From assembly GCA_944392105.1 (NCBI GenBank), contig CALXVM010000002.1:9026-73025 (forward strand): a stretch of DNA of 64,000 bases. The letters run 5' to 3'. Origin of the DNA: an uncultured Clostridia bacterium (GTDB taxonomy: Bacteria > Bacillota > Clostridia > TANB77 > CAG-508). How positions within the stretch are numbered: the first letter of the stretch is position 1; every line of letters begins with the position of its first letter. Positions 1-10,283 of the stretch are shown here, in pieces. The position numbers were made by a program, and so were the translations under genes. The notes under the pieces are model-generated. The model worked only from the letters and a program-made list of their open reading frames with translations, was not told where the DNA came from and made no database searches.

Positions 1-104
1 ACTGCTCTTTGGTCCATTCTCCTTATATTACCAAAATTTTCTTTATCACTTAAATTTGTAAATGGTGCATCAAAATGCATGTCTGTCATATGTATAAATT
101 TCAT
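1..104 (-). CDS. metallophosphoesterase / SbcD-YhaO-like nuclease, N-terminal fragment (gene runs off the left edge)
   Basis: Reverse-strand ATG at 104..102 opens MKFIHMTDMHFDAPFTNLSDKENFGNIRRMDQRA. The N-terminal D-x-H motif is typical of calcineurin-like phosphoesterases. Confidence 0.55.
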   Translation of the reverse strand, partial: MKFIHMTDMHFDAPFTNLSDKENFGNIRRMDQRA

Positions 105-383
105 ATTTTAAACTCATATAATATTTTTTTGTTAATTTATTTTATAATATTACATTTTATTTTTTTATAACATATTATTTTTATTAAAATAAATATAATA
201 TAATTAAAACAATATTATATGAAACTCCCTTCTTATAATTATTTCTTAAATTAATTTATCATTTTTAAATTTTATTGTCAATTTAATTAGATAATAAAAA
301 AATATCAAAAATATTATTTATTTAATATATTTGATATTTTCTATTAATTATTTAAATTATGTATTATTACTTTTATATACTAA

Positions 384-2457
384 CTAATTTTTAGTATCAT
401 CATTATTATTTTCTGTAATATCTCCAAATAACTCATCAAATTTTGCTTCTATTTCTTTTTGTACATCTATTGTAAATAATTCGTCATCATTTTCTTCGTC
501 ACCTTGTGGTAAAATTACTGAGTCTATTTCAGAGGTATTATTTTGTTGAGTCTGAATTTTGTCTTGATTATTGTTGTTTACATTTTCCACTATTGGCTTA
601 TTTTCTACACTTTGTTCCTGTTTATTATTATCATTTTTTGCTTCGTTTGGAGTATCTTCAAATAAGTCATCTAAAGACTCAACTTTTAAGTCTTTTTGAG
701 GTTGGTTTTTATCATTTTCGTCTACATATGGATTATATGGATTGTATTTTCTCCATTTTCCTCTAACTCCAACATCAAATTCTAAGTGATTTAACGTATG
801 TTCTTGCAATTTTCTTGCCATAGGCTTTTCAAAGTAATAATATTTTCTTGCTTTTACTGGTTTTAATCCCTTTTCAAAAATTATACACAAGTCATTATCC
901 ATCCTTCTTAATTCATCTGGTGTCATAAGCGCTCTTGCTACAGATTGGTCTGATTCGCTTAGTCCTTGTTTATGATAATGCTTATCTCTGTTTATTGATT
1001 TGCTATCTCTAAATACGGTTTTTTCTCCCAATGCTTTAGAGAAATATTCTACTGTTTTAAATGAGTTACTTCCTAAAAATACGTGTGTATCACAGTTACC
1101 CATTATTGTTTCGTATGATTTTTCATATACTGCTTCTAATTGGTCTAAGTTTTGTAAAATAACACTAAAAGATATTCCTCTACTTCTACTTGTTGAGATT
1201 TTCTTATCGAAGTCTGGTATTTGACCAATGTTAGCAAACTCATCTAATATAAAATATGTTGGTACTTTTAATCTTCCGCCATTTTCATCTGCAAAATTAT
1301 ATAATTGTTGAATCATTTGAGCAAAGAATATTGTTAATAAGAAGTCATATGCTTTATGTGTATCTGAAGATATAACATATACAGCTGTTTTTTTACTTCC
1401 TATATCTTCAAAATTAATTGTATCTGTTGAAGTGACTTCTGCAATTTCTTTAGAGTCAAATTTTCCAAGTTTTGATTGTAATGAACTTAGTATAGAGCCA
1501 TATGTTTTTTCTGGTGCTATTTCTATTGATTTATAGTTCATTCTTGCTGGATGGTCATATGGTAATTGATTCATTAATTCTGTTAATAGGTTATTTCCTC
1601 CATTGCTGTTAGCTGCTCTAACTAATTCTGAACAACTTGCTAAGTTTTGTTCTTCCTCTGGTCTTGTTGCCATTAAGTAATATATTAATGCTTTTAATAA
1701 CATTTCTGCCATATCATCCCAGTATGGGTCTGAACTTCCGCTTTCTGATTTTTGTCCTTTTACTATAGTGTTTGCAACAACATCTACATCTATCTCGCTA
1801 GATATATGCATAAGTGGATTATATCCGTCACTGTTTGTTGGATTTACTAAGTTTAATACTTTTATATCATATCCTTGACTTTTTAAATATCCTGCTGTTT
1901 TATCATATAGCTCACCTTTTGGGTCTGTAAATACATATGAGCCTAAGCATTGGAATGCATTTGGAATTGAGTATGATGCAGATTTACCAGAACCAGAACC
2001 GTCCAACTACCAATACGTTTACATTTCCTCTTTTATCTACTGGTAGATAGTTGTTTTCTGCTAATATAATTCCCTTTGTTTTACTTAAAATTCTGTATTG
2101 TTCCCCATTTTGGCTCCAATCACTAGATCCATGCTCTATATTGTAATAATCTCCTTTTGCTTTTGTTCTAAAGAAACCTATTGTAGCAAATATTGCATAT
2201 ATTACTGTAAATATTCCTAAAGTTTTGAAAAAAGTTCCTACTGCCATTGCAGAAAATACTTTTGCTATTGCATTAAAGCTAATTAGTGATGATACAAAAG
2301 TTTCTAGAAATGCAGCAAAATCAAAAGCTCCACTTTGACTAGCATATGCTATTGCATACGCAAGTGGAGCAACAAATATAATCGTCAAAATAAGCCATAA
2401 TACGATAATTACGATTAGGCTTATTTTATTCTCTTTAATTACTCTAGCTATGTTCAT
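384..2457 (-). pseudogene. VirD4/TraG-family type IV coupling protein, disrupted by a frameshift at the Walker A motif
   Basis: ORF 1984..2457 encodes the N-terminal TM region and ends ...NVNVLVVGRFWFW*. ORF 384..2006 resumes in the +1 frame with (L)DGSGSGKSASYSIPN (Walker A) and the rest of a TraG/TraD-like ATPase body. The two ORFs overlap at 1984..2006. Confidence 0.8.
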
Positions 2458-2476
2458 AACTACACCTCTTTAGTTC

Positions 2477-2827
2477 TTATCTAGACTCATCTGCTCTTTG
2501 TGTTGTTTTGCTTCTTGTATATCTATTTCTCTTATTTTGATTTTCTTTTACGCTTTGGTAACTACCTTTTTGCATTTCCATAATTGGATTACCATTAGCA
2601 TCTCTTAAAATATTGTCTTTTCCTAACTCACATGTACTTGCAACTAGTTCGATACTTCCTAAATTAATATCATATTCAGTTGGTCCTAAGTCATGTGTTT
2701 TACCTTTTTCAGTATTCTCAGGTACTTCTATTCCTCTACCTGTTAAAATTGTTTGCATATTTGCACTTGTAGGATTGTCCTTTTCGTTTCTTCTTTCCTT
2801 TTTATTCGGTACATTTGTACTTCCCAT
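2477..2827 (-). CDS. hypothetical protein, co-oriented immediately upstream of the coupling-protein gene
   Basis: 116-aa ORF, 20-nt gaps to its neighbours, no recognisable motif. Confidence 0.5.
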   Translation of the reverse strand: MGSTNVPNKKERRNEKDNPTSANMQTILTGRGIEVPENTEKGKTHDLGPTEYDINLGSIELVASTCELGKDNILRDANGNPIMEMQKGSYQSVKENQNKRNRYTRSKTTQRADESR

Positions 2828-2846
2828 ATTCTATTTAACCCCTCTC

Positions 2847-3371
2847 TTATTGGTCTTCTTTCTTATCTCTTATTTCAAAAGAAAAATATGATTTATAAGG
2901 TTTTAATTTACATTTTCCTTTTACTTCATTTGTTTTATCGTCAAAATATAATATTGGCTTTACTTCTTCTGCCGTTTCTGGGTCTATTATTGTAATTTGT
3001 CTTTTTAAGTCTGGTGTATATCTAAAATTCTTATATTCTGTCTCTTGCTCAGAATACAAAGTGTCAAACTTTATTGGTATTGGTTTTTTTGCTATTTTAA
3101 CTTTATCATTTTCCATTATACCAGAGTTTACTACTACCTTATCTTGTCCAAAAGAAAGTATTACTAATTGCTCTTTTTCCTTTGGTTCATCAATAAAGAA
3201 CACTTTTTTCTTCATTGTTCCGTTGATTTCTTCTCCATATGCCAGTCTCTCTACAGTATATTTTGGAAGGTTTTGTTCTGCGTAATTTTCTGTCTTATTT
3301 ATTCGATAGATAACAGTATTTACTCCTTGTGGATCTGTAATGCTAAAATTCTTTCCACTAATACTTTCCAT
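2847..3371 (-). CDS. hypothetical protein (first gene of the 3-gene TraG string)
   Basis: ORF track 2847..3392. GAGGAGG lies 5 nt upstream of the internal ATG at 3371, so MESISGKNF... is the likelier start. Confidence 0.5.
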   Translation of the reverse strand: MESISGKNFSITDPQGVNTVIYRINKTENYAEQNLPKYTVERLAYGEEINGTMKKKVFFIDEPKEKEQLVILSFGQDKVVVNSGIMENDKVKIAKKPIPIKFDTLYSEQETEYKNFRYTPDLKRQITIIDPETAEEVKPILYFDDKTNEVKGKCKLKPYKSYFSFEIRDKKEDQ

Positions 3372-3491
3372 CTTTTTCCTCCTCTTCTGCAATTATTACT
3401 GCAAAAATAGTTCGTCTTTTGTTTAACTAGACCACTATTTATAATTATACAACGCTGTAAATAATATGTCAATAATTTTGCTTAATTTATG

Positions 3492-4394
3492 TTAACTATA
3501 TATTTCTCTTGGTTTAAAATTTGATGTTTTCGACAATTTATTAAATAATTCTTTTTCATCTGATGTTAAATGTTTTGGTATCATTATTTTTACTTCTGCA
3601 ACTAACTCTCCTCTGCCACCTTGTCCATCTTTATATCCTTTATTTGGTATTGTAATTTTTTCTCCACTCTCTATTCCTTGTGGCACTAGTAAAGAAATAT
3701 TCTCATCTATTGCAGAAACGTCTATTTTAGCACCCAATGCCGCTTCCCATGGTGTTAAATATATATTAGTATAAATGTTATTTCCCATTATTTTAAACTT
3801 TTTATCATCTTTTAGGTTTATTTTTACAAATAAATCTCCATTTTTTCCGCCATTTTCTCCGGCTTTTCCCTGTCCTAATAAGCGTATTTTTTCTCCATTT
3901 CTTATACCTGCCGGAATTTTAACAGTAAAAGTTTTCATTTTTCCATTTACTGTTCTTAAAGAAATTTTCTTTTCCATCCCAAAAAAAGCTTCGTATATAG
4001 AAACGTCTATTTGAGTCTCTACGTCTTCTCCTCTTATTGGCTCTATTGCCCTTGTAACCTTTTTATTTGCACTAGATGATGTATTATTAATGCCAAAAAA
4101 CATGTTCATAACATCTCCAGAAAAAGTTCCTTTTGCCTTTTTATTGTTAACATTTACTTTTCTTCTTCCAACATGCATATTCCACATTCTATCATATTTT
4201 TTTCTTGTGGTTATATTGGACAATACTTTATATGCCTCATTTATATCTTTAAATCTCTCTTCTGAAAAATTATCTCTCCCTATAACGTCTGGATGATACT
4301 TTTTTGCTTGATCTCTGTAGGCTACCCTGATTTCTTCATTTGTTACTTTACATGATTCTAATCCTAATATTTTATAATAGTCTTTAAAAATCAT
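3492..4394 (-). CDS. J-domain co-chaperone, DnaJ/CbpA-like without a zinc-finger region
   Basis: DYYKILGL...KKYHPD J-domain followed by a DnaJ C-terminal beta domain. GGGAGGGG RBS precedes the ATG at 4394. Confidence 0.8.
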   Translation of the reverse strand: MIFKDYYKILGLESCKVTNEEIRVAYRDQAKKYHPDVIGRDNFSEERFKDINEAYKVLSNITTRKKYDRMWNMHVGRRKVNVNNKKAKGTFSGDVMNMFFGINNTSSSANKKVTRAIEPIRGEDVETQIDVSIYEAFFGMEKKISLRTVNGKMKTFTVKIPAGIRNGEKIRLLGQGKAGENGGKNGDLFVKINLKDDKKFKIMGNNIYTNIYLTPWEAALGAKIDVSAIDENISLLVPQGIESGEKITIPNKGYKDGQGGRGELVAEVKIMIPKHLTSDEKELFNKLSKTSNFKPREIYS

Positions 4395-4613
4395 TGTAGT
4401 CCCCTCCCAAATAATATGCATACATTATATCATATCCATTAAGACAAATAAAGAATTTATGCTATTTTTCTACTAAATATTCTATTTTTTTCTATTTAAA
4501 TTTTATAAGACTATTTATTTTTTTCTTTTTTATATACTACGAAAATCTAGTCTTTGTTCTATAACCTGTACCTTCCTTTATATTCTACTATATTTATATT
4601 ACTACCTATGTAA

Positions 4614-5195
4614 TTAGCTTTTATATTTTAGATTTTCTAACAATATTTTATTTCTTATTTTTATACTATCTGGGTGAATTGTTTTTTGTTTTTTTACATT
4701 GTCTACTAGCATATAATCTAATATATATAATATACACTTGTCCAAGTCTTCGTCAGCCAACTTTTGTACTGTTTGTAAGTCATCATATTTTCTATTTTCT
4801 TCTGTTTTATCTGCAACAAATATAATTTTAGCTAATGTATCCATATTTTCATTTCCTGTAGTATGATATTTTATTGCATTTTGCATTTCTTCTGTAAAAT
4901 TATATTTTTTCTTACAAATATCCGCTCCTATTTTTGCATGTAATAGTCCAATATTTATTTTTTCTATTTCATCTATTTCTATCTTATTTTCTTCTACATA
5001 TTTTATTTTTTCCTCTTCTGTTAACTCTTTTGCTATATCATGTGCAATTCCTACAGCTTTTGCTATTTCTACATCTTGTCCATATTTTTTAGCTAAGTAT
5101 TCCGCTTGTTTCATAACTCCGATAGAGTGAATATATCTCTTTTCTGATAATGTATTTTTTACATCTTCTAATATTTTTTCTATATCAAATTTCAT
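4614..5195 (-). CDS. yqeK: HD-domain phosphohydrolase YqeK (bis(5'-nucleosyl)-tetraphosphatase family)
   Basis: RYIHSIGV...GIAHDIAKE HD motif; ~190 aa. Confidence 0.7.
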   Translation of the reverse strand: MKFDIEKILEDVKNTLSEKRYIHSIGVMKQAEYLAKKYGQDVEIAKAVGIAHDIAKELTEEEKIKYVEENKIEIDEIEKINIGLLHAKIGADICKKKYNFTEEMQNAIKYHTTGNENMDTLAKIIFVADKTEENRKYDDLQTVQKLADEDLDKCILYILDYMLVDNVKKQKTIHPDSIKIRNKILLENLKYKS

Positions 5196-5313
5196 TTTTA
5201 AATATTGGTCTTATACACTAAATGCATAAGACCATCTCCTTTCTCTTTATTTAAGTTTTGATATTTTTGCCAAATGTATAAAATTATTATTATATTTATA
5301 CATTTGTATGTTT

Positions 5314-6369
5314 TTATTTCGGGGCTAGCTCAATTAGTTTGTCTAGTAATTCTTTGTAACTTACTCCTGCCGCTTCAAACAACTTTGGATACATACTAAT
5401 TTGAGTAAAACCTGGCATTGTATTTATCTCATTTATATAAATTTCTCCATTATTTCCAACAAAGAAATCAACTCTAGAAAGTCCGTTACCGTCTATTGCT
5501 TTAAACGCTTTTATGGCTTGTATTCTTATTTTTTCCTCTATTTCGCTTGGAATTTCTGCTGGTATTAATGTCCTTGATTCGGCATTATTATACTTTGCAT
5601 CAAATGTATAATAACTCTCTGCGGATTTTATTTCTCCCACTCTAGAAGCTATAACTTCTCTATTTCCAAGCACTGCACATTCTACTTCTTGCCCTACAAT
5701 TTGCTCTTCTATAACAATTTTATTATCATATTTTCCTGCATAGCAAATAGCTTCTTTTAATTCTTTTTCTGTGGTTGCTTTTGTTATTCCCACAGAAGAA
5801 CCTGAATTTGAAGGTTTTACAAATACAGGTAATTTTAAAGTATTAGCAACTTTCTTTACAATCTCATCTATTGTCATGCTATAAGCATTAAAGTTATTAT
5901 CTATATACTCATATTTATCGTCGGACTTATGTATATACACATAGTTTGCTTGGTTTAAACCAGCTTTTTCAAATATTATTTTAGCATATGCCTTATCCAT
6001 TGCTACACTTGAGGCAAGAACTTTACATCCAACGTATTTTATTTTTAAAAGTTCAAGTAATCCTTGTATTGTTCCATCTTCTCCATATAAACCATGTAAA
6101 ACTGGAAATGCTATATCGCATTTTTTTAGATATTCTATTGGATTTTCAATTTTTTCTATATTACTAATTCCATCTCCAACATGCAACTTAGCTAAATCTT
6201 CAATATTCCCTATATATTTATACCATTTTCCGTTTTTATCAATATATATTGGATATATTTCGTATTTTTCTTTGTCCAAATTATTTAAAACTGATGCTCC
6301 TGATACAATTGAAACATCATGTTCTGTTGACATTCCTCCAAAAATAACAGCTAATTTTAATTTTTCCAT
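5314..6369 (-). CDS. ddl: D-alanine--D-alanine ligase
   Basis: KLAVIFGG.S.EH.VS N-terminus and ATP-grasp C-terminus (EINTMPGFT). GGAGGAGG RBS favours the ATG at 6369. Confidence 0.9.
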   Translation of the reverse strand: MEKLKLAVIFGGMSTEHDVSIVSGASVLNNLDKEKYEIYPIYIDKNGKWYKYIGNIEDLAKLHVGDGISNIEKIENPIEYLKKCDIAFPVLHGLYGEDGTIQGLLELLKIKYVGCKVLASSVAMDKAYAKIIFEKAGLNQANYVYIHKSDDKYEYIDNNFNAYSMTIDEIVKKVANTLKLPVFVKPSNSGSSVGITKATTEKELKEAICYAGKYDNKIVIEEQIVGQEVECAVLGNREVIASRVGEIKSAESYYTFDAKYNNAESRTLIPAEIPSEIEEKIRIQAIKAFKAIDGNGLSRVDFFVGNNGEIYINEINTMPGFTQISMYPKLFEAAGVSYKELLDKLIELAPK

Positions 6370-6507
6370 TCTATCCTCCTCCATTTATATAATAAAATTA
6401 AATATATAAATTTTATTTTTAACTTGTTATCTTAATTGAAATTTAAGATAACTACCATAATAAAAAACTTCTTATGTAAAAATATTTAAAGTTCTGTTTT
6501 AGTTTTA

Positions 6508-7893
6508 TTATTTTGAAAGTTCTTTCGTAATCTCATCAAATTTCATAGCATTTGAAGCTTTAACAAGAATATTGTCATTAGCTTTTACTAATTCTTTTAT
6601 TTTGGGCATTGCTTCTTCTTTTGTTGCAAATTCATATATACTACTTTCTAACATACCTTCTTTTTCTGCTCCCACAGCTATATTTCTTGCTTCGGTTCCT
6701 ATAGTAACTAAAATGTCTATTTTATTTTTTGCAACTTCTTTTCCTACTTTTTCGTGTAATTCTTTACTAAATTCTCCTAATTCTAGCATATCTCCTAATA
6801 TTGCAATTTTTCTATTGTTTAATGTACCTAAGTATTCTATTGCTGCTTTCATAGAGTCATAACTTGCATTATAGCAGTCATTTATTATTAAATTATTATT
6901 TTTCGTTTTTATAATTTCCATTCTCTTTTTTGTAAGTTCAAAGTTAGAAATTCCCTTAATAATCTCTTCGTTAGATATACCTAAAGCCTTTCCTACAGCG
7001 ATTGCACATAAACTATTATATACAAAATGCTCGCCACTTACAGGTACTGTAACATTATATGTCTCATTATCTAATTTTATTTTATATGTACTTCCATTTT
7101 CTTTTAAGTTTATATCATATGCCACATATTTGCTATTATTTTCTATTCCGTATGTTTCTACATTTTTAATTATGTTTTCTTCTTTATACCACTTATCTAA
7201 TAAGTCATTATCATTATTAATAATTAACTTTCCATCTTGTTTTAATCCCTCTAGAATTTCAAGTTTTGCTTTTAATATATTTTCTCTAGAACCTAATATT
7301 CCTATATGGGATGTTCCTATATTTGTAATTGCAGCTATATCTGGTTTTGCAATACTTGTTAATAAACTCATTTCTCCAAATGCGCTCATTCCCATTTCCA
7401 GCACCATTACTTCTTCATCTTTTAAAGATAAAATTGTAAGTGGTAAACCGATTTCGTTGTTATAATTCCCCTGTGTTTTAAGAACTTTGTATTTTTGTGA
7501 TAAAACGCTAGCAACTATATCTTTTGTACTTGTTTTTCCAACACTACCCGTTATTCCAACAACTTTTACATTTGTATTTTCTCTTTTATATCTAGCAACA
7601 TCTTGAATAGACTTTACAACATCTTCTACTAATATAACAGTTCTATCTTCATATTTTTTTATTATTTCTTCTGGTATTTCTATATCTTGTAATATCAGTA
7701 CTTTAGCTCCATTTTCTAAAGCTTGTTTATAATAGATGCTCCCATTTGTATTTTCACCTTTTATTCCTAAATATGTATCTCCATTTTTTACTTCTCTACT
7801 ATCTTTGCAAAAATTCTCACAAATAGTTTCTTCATTTCCACAAATTAATTTTGCATTATTAATTTTTATAAAGTCTTTTACTTTAATGTCCAT
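6508..7893 (-). CDS. murF: UDP-N-acetylmuramoyl-tripeptide--D-alanyl-D-alanine ligase
   Basis: GITGSVGKTSTKD Mur-ligase P-loop; sits next to ddl. Confidence 0.9.
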   Translation of the reverse strand: MDIKVKDFIKINNAKLICGNEETICENFCKDSREVKNGDTYLGIKGENTNGSIYYKQALENGAKVLILQDIEIPEEIIKKYEDRTVILVEDVVKSIQDVARYKRENTNVKVVGITGSVGKTSTKDIVASVLSQKYKVLKTQGNYNNEIGLPLTILSLKDEEVMVLEMGMSAFGEMSLLTSIAKPDIAAITNIGTSHIGILGSRENILKAKLEILEGLKQDGKLIINNDNDLLDKWYKEENIIKNVETYGIENNSKYVAYDINLKENGSTYKIKLDNETYNVTVPVSGEHFVYNSLCAIAVGKALGISNEEIIKGISNFELTKKRMEIIKTKNNNLIINDCYNASYDSMKAAIEYLGTLNNRKIAILGDMLELGEFSKELHEKVGKEVAKNKIDILVTIGTEARNIAVGAEKEGMLESSIYEFATKEEAMPKIKELVKANDNILVKASNAMKFDEITKELSK

Positions 7894-8015
7894 TATTTCT
7901 CTTGTATGATATATTTAATAATTTAAATAATCATACACTCCTTTCTTTTAATTCTTGTTAATACAACTATAATTTATACAGTTTTCTTATGTTTTTTATT
8001 ATTATATTCCATAAC

Positions 8016-8053
8016 AAAAAAATTAGCAACAAAATGAAATTCATTTTGCTGCT
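8016..8053 (-). terminator. rho-independent terminator after ypeB (possibly bidirectional)
   Basis: Arms AGCAACAAAATGA / TCATTTTGCTGCT, with T-runs on both strands. Confidence 0.55.
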
Positions 8054-8100
8054 GATTTTTTCTTCAAATTTTATATTAATATTCTTATAAATTTTGGAAT

Positions 8101-9501
8101 TTACTGTGTTAAAGTACCATTTGGAGTATTAGTTATAACTAATATATCTTCTTCTTTTCCTGTTTCCGCATTTACATATACTAAAAAGTCTGTATCGTTT
8201 ACTTTTCCTTTAAATTCCCAGCACAATACCTCTGTTTGCCACTCTGTTGGTATAATTGCTAAAGATTCACTTGTTATTTCCAAATTTTTATTTAAACTTT
8301 CTTTTGCTTTTTCTTTTGTTATTTTCACTTCTGGAATTTTACGCTCTTCATGTGAATTCAAATATCCTTTGGTTTCTATTCCCATTACTTCACCATTATC
8401 TAAAGCAATTTTTAATTTTATTAAGTCTGGATAAACTGTTACTTCATCTTGTTTATAAGCATAATTTATAGTTACAATTCCATCTTGTTTTAAATAATAT
8501 GTTTCTTTCATATTATTTAAGCCTCTATCTTCTAAAAATTGTTTACCTATTTTATCCGCTTCTTCTTGACTTATTAATTCTGCCGCAACATTTCTATTAT
8601 AGTTCATTAGTAGAACATGCCCACCTTTTTCTGTAATAGAAATATTCATATTTTCTTCATTTTCGTTATTTACCTTAACAGAAAAATCATATGTTATTAT
8701 ATCTGTGTTTTCAGATTTTCCACTTAAATTTATTTCTTGCATTCTATCTTTGCCAATAAAATCTGTTGCTATTTGTTTTGCCTTTTCTTCATCTATGTTA
8801 TCCCCTGTTAATACTTTCTTTTGAGAACTCGTCATGTGTTCTGAAAACGCACCATCATAAATCAATCCAGAATATTCATGAAAATTTTCTTCCAAGTTGC
8901 TAAAACTATTTTTTGATATATTACTTACTTCTTGAGCAAATGCAACTTTGCCCTTTTTAGTTAATTCACCCCATTTTATTCTTCCATCATTTATATCAGC
9001 AGATAGTTGGTCTAATGTGTTTCTTAATTCAACACTATAATTATGCAAATCTTCCAAATTTTTTAAATCTTCTTCTGTTAATTCTTCATTATATATATTT
9101 TTTCTTGAAAGAGAATAACTATAATCGCTTACTTGATTTAAAAACTTTGCTGTTTTTTCCAATTCTACACTATCTATTGGTAATCTCGATAAATATGCCT
9201 GTGCTAAATTTGCCTCTCTCCATACATGTGTTAATGTTTCTGCACCATGCTCTGGAGAACTAGATATTAATGATTTGGCTAAATATGTTTCAACATTTTG
9301 CACATAATCTACCAATTCATAAAAAGCCATATTATATTGGTTTTCAGATGCTTGTCTATATTCAGTTTGCTTTTTATAAATAATAACACTTAATATTATA
9401 ATTATTGTAAATAATACCACAATAACACTAAGCATATGCCTATCTTTTAATCTATTTTTCCAATCAATTAACTTATTTTTTATTTTCCCCATACAACTCA
9501 T
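8101..9501 (-). CDS. ypeB: germination protein YpeB
   Basis: N-terminal TM helix and ~450-aa PepSY-type C-terminus, directly downstream of sleB. The ATG at 9492 has better RBS spacing. Confidence 0.8.
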   Translation of the reverse strand: MSCMGKIKNKLIDWKNRLKDRHMLSVIVVLFTIIIILSVIIYKKQTEYRQASENQYNMAFYELVDYVQNVETYLAKSLISSSPEHGAETLTHVWREANLAQAYLSRLPIDSVELEKTAKFLNQVSDYSYSLSRKNIYNEELTEEDLKNLEDLHNYSVELRNTLDQLSADINDGRIKWGELTKKGKVAFAQEVSNISKNSFSNLEENFHEYSGLIYDGAFSEHMTSSQKKVLTGDNIDEEKAKQIATDFIGKDRMQEINLSGKSENTDIITYDFSVKVNNENEENMNISITEKGGHVLLMNYNRNVAAELISQEEADKIGKQFLEDRGLNNMKETYYLKQDGIVTINYAYKQDEVTVYPDLIKLKIALDNGEVMGIETKGYLNSHEERKIPEVKITKEKAKESLNKNLEITSESLAIIPTEWQTEVLCWEFKGKVNDTDFLVYVNAETGKEEDILVITNTPNGTLTQ

Positions 9502-9509
9502 CCTTTCAT

Positions 9510-9986
9510 TTATTTACAAAATCTGTGCTTACCTATAGTTTTTATTACTGGTCTCGACCATATCCATTTATTTGTAGCAGTGTTTGGATTAAAATAATAT
9601 ACTGCTCCCTCTGTAGGGTCCCAACCATTTAGAGCATCTCTTGCTGCTTTTACTACTGTTGAATTTTCATCTATTGGCACATTTATTTGCCCATCTGAAA
9701 CTGCAGTAAATGCCCCTGGCTGATAAATTACACCTGCTATTGTATTTGGAAATCTAGAATCTCTTACTCTGTTTAGAATAACAGCTCCAACAGCTACTTG
9801 CCCTTCATAAGGCTCTCCTCTTGCTTCTCCATTTATTGCTCTTGCTAATAGTTGCACATCTGATGTATTTCCACCGCCAGATGAGGCTTCTGAGATTGTA
9901 GTATTTTCCTTAATATTAAATATTGCTGTTATAATTACACCAAGTAATGTAATTAACAAAAAATATTTTGCAATTTTTTTAAACAT
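9510..9986 (-). CDS. sleB: spore cortex-lytic enzyme SleB/CwlJ family (hydrolase_2 domain)
   Basis: ARAINGEARGEPYEGQVAVGAVILNRV...FPNTI..VIYQPGAFT. Confidence 0.8.
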   Translation of the reverse strand: MFKKIAKYFLLITLLGVIITAIFNIKENTTISEASSGGGNTSDVQLLARAINGEARGEPYEGQVAVGAVILNRVRDSRFPNTIAGVIYQPGAFTAVSDGQINVPIDENSTVVKAARDALNGWDPTEGAVYYFNPNTATNKWIWSRPVIKTIGKHRFCK

Positions 9987-10233
9987 ACCCCTCTCCTTAC
10001 AAAAATAAAATTTATTTTCTTTTTTTATTAATTTTTATATTTAAGATTTATTTTTATATCTTTTCTATTTTTTATTAGTTACTTTGTCTATGCCTTATCT
10101 TTAATCTAATTTATTTTGAATATTTTTATTTTAGTTTTTATTTATTAATTTATATATTTAATTGTTATTTTTACTTTCTTATTTTTTATTAAATATATTT
10201 TGTCTATTTTTTTGTTTATTATTCTAAAAATTA

Positions 10234-10276
10234 ACAAAAAAATTCACATATATTAAACTTATTAACATATGTGAAT
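10234..10276 (-). terminator. rho-independent terminator
   Basis: ATTCACATAT (10242..10251) pairs with ATATGTGAAT (10267..10276); a T-run follows on the minus strand. Confidence 0.5.
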
Positions 10277-10283
10277 GTAATAT

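Noticed and set aside
1984-2006. The TraG frame change as programmed ribosomal frameshifting.
   Set aside because: There is no slippery heptamer or downstream structure, and the shift falls inside the essential P-loop. Mutation, or less likely an assembly error, is the simpler explanation.
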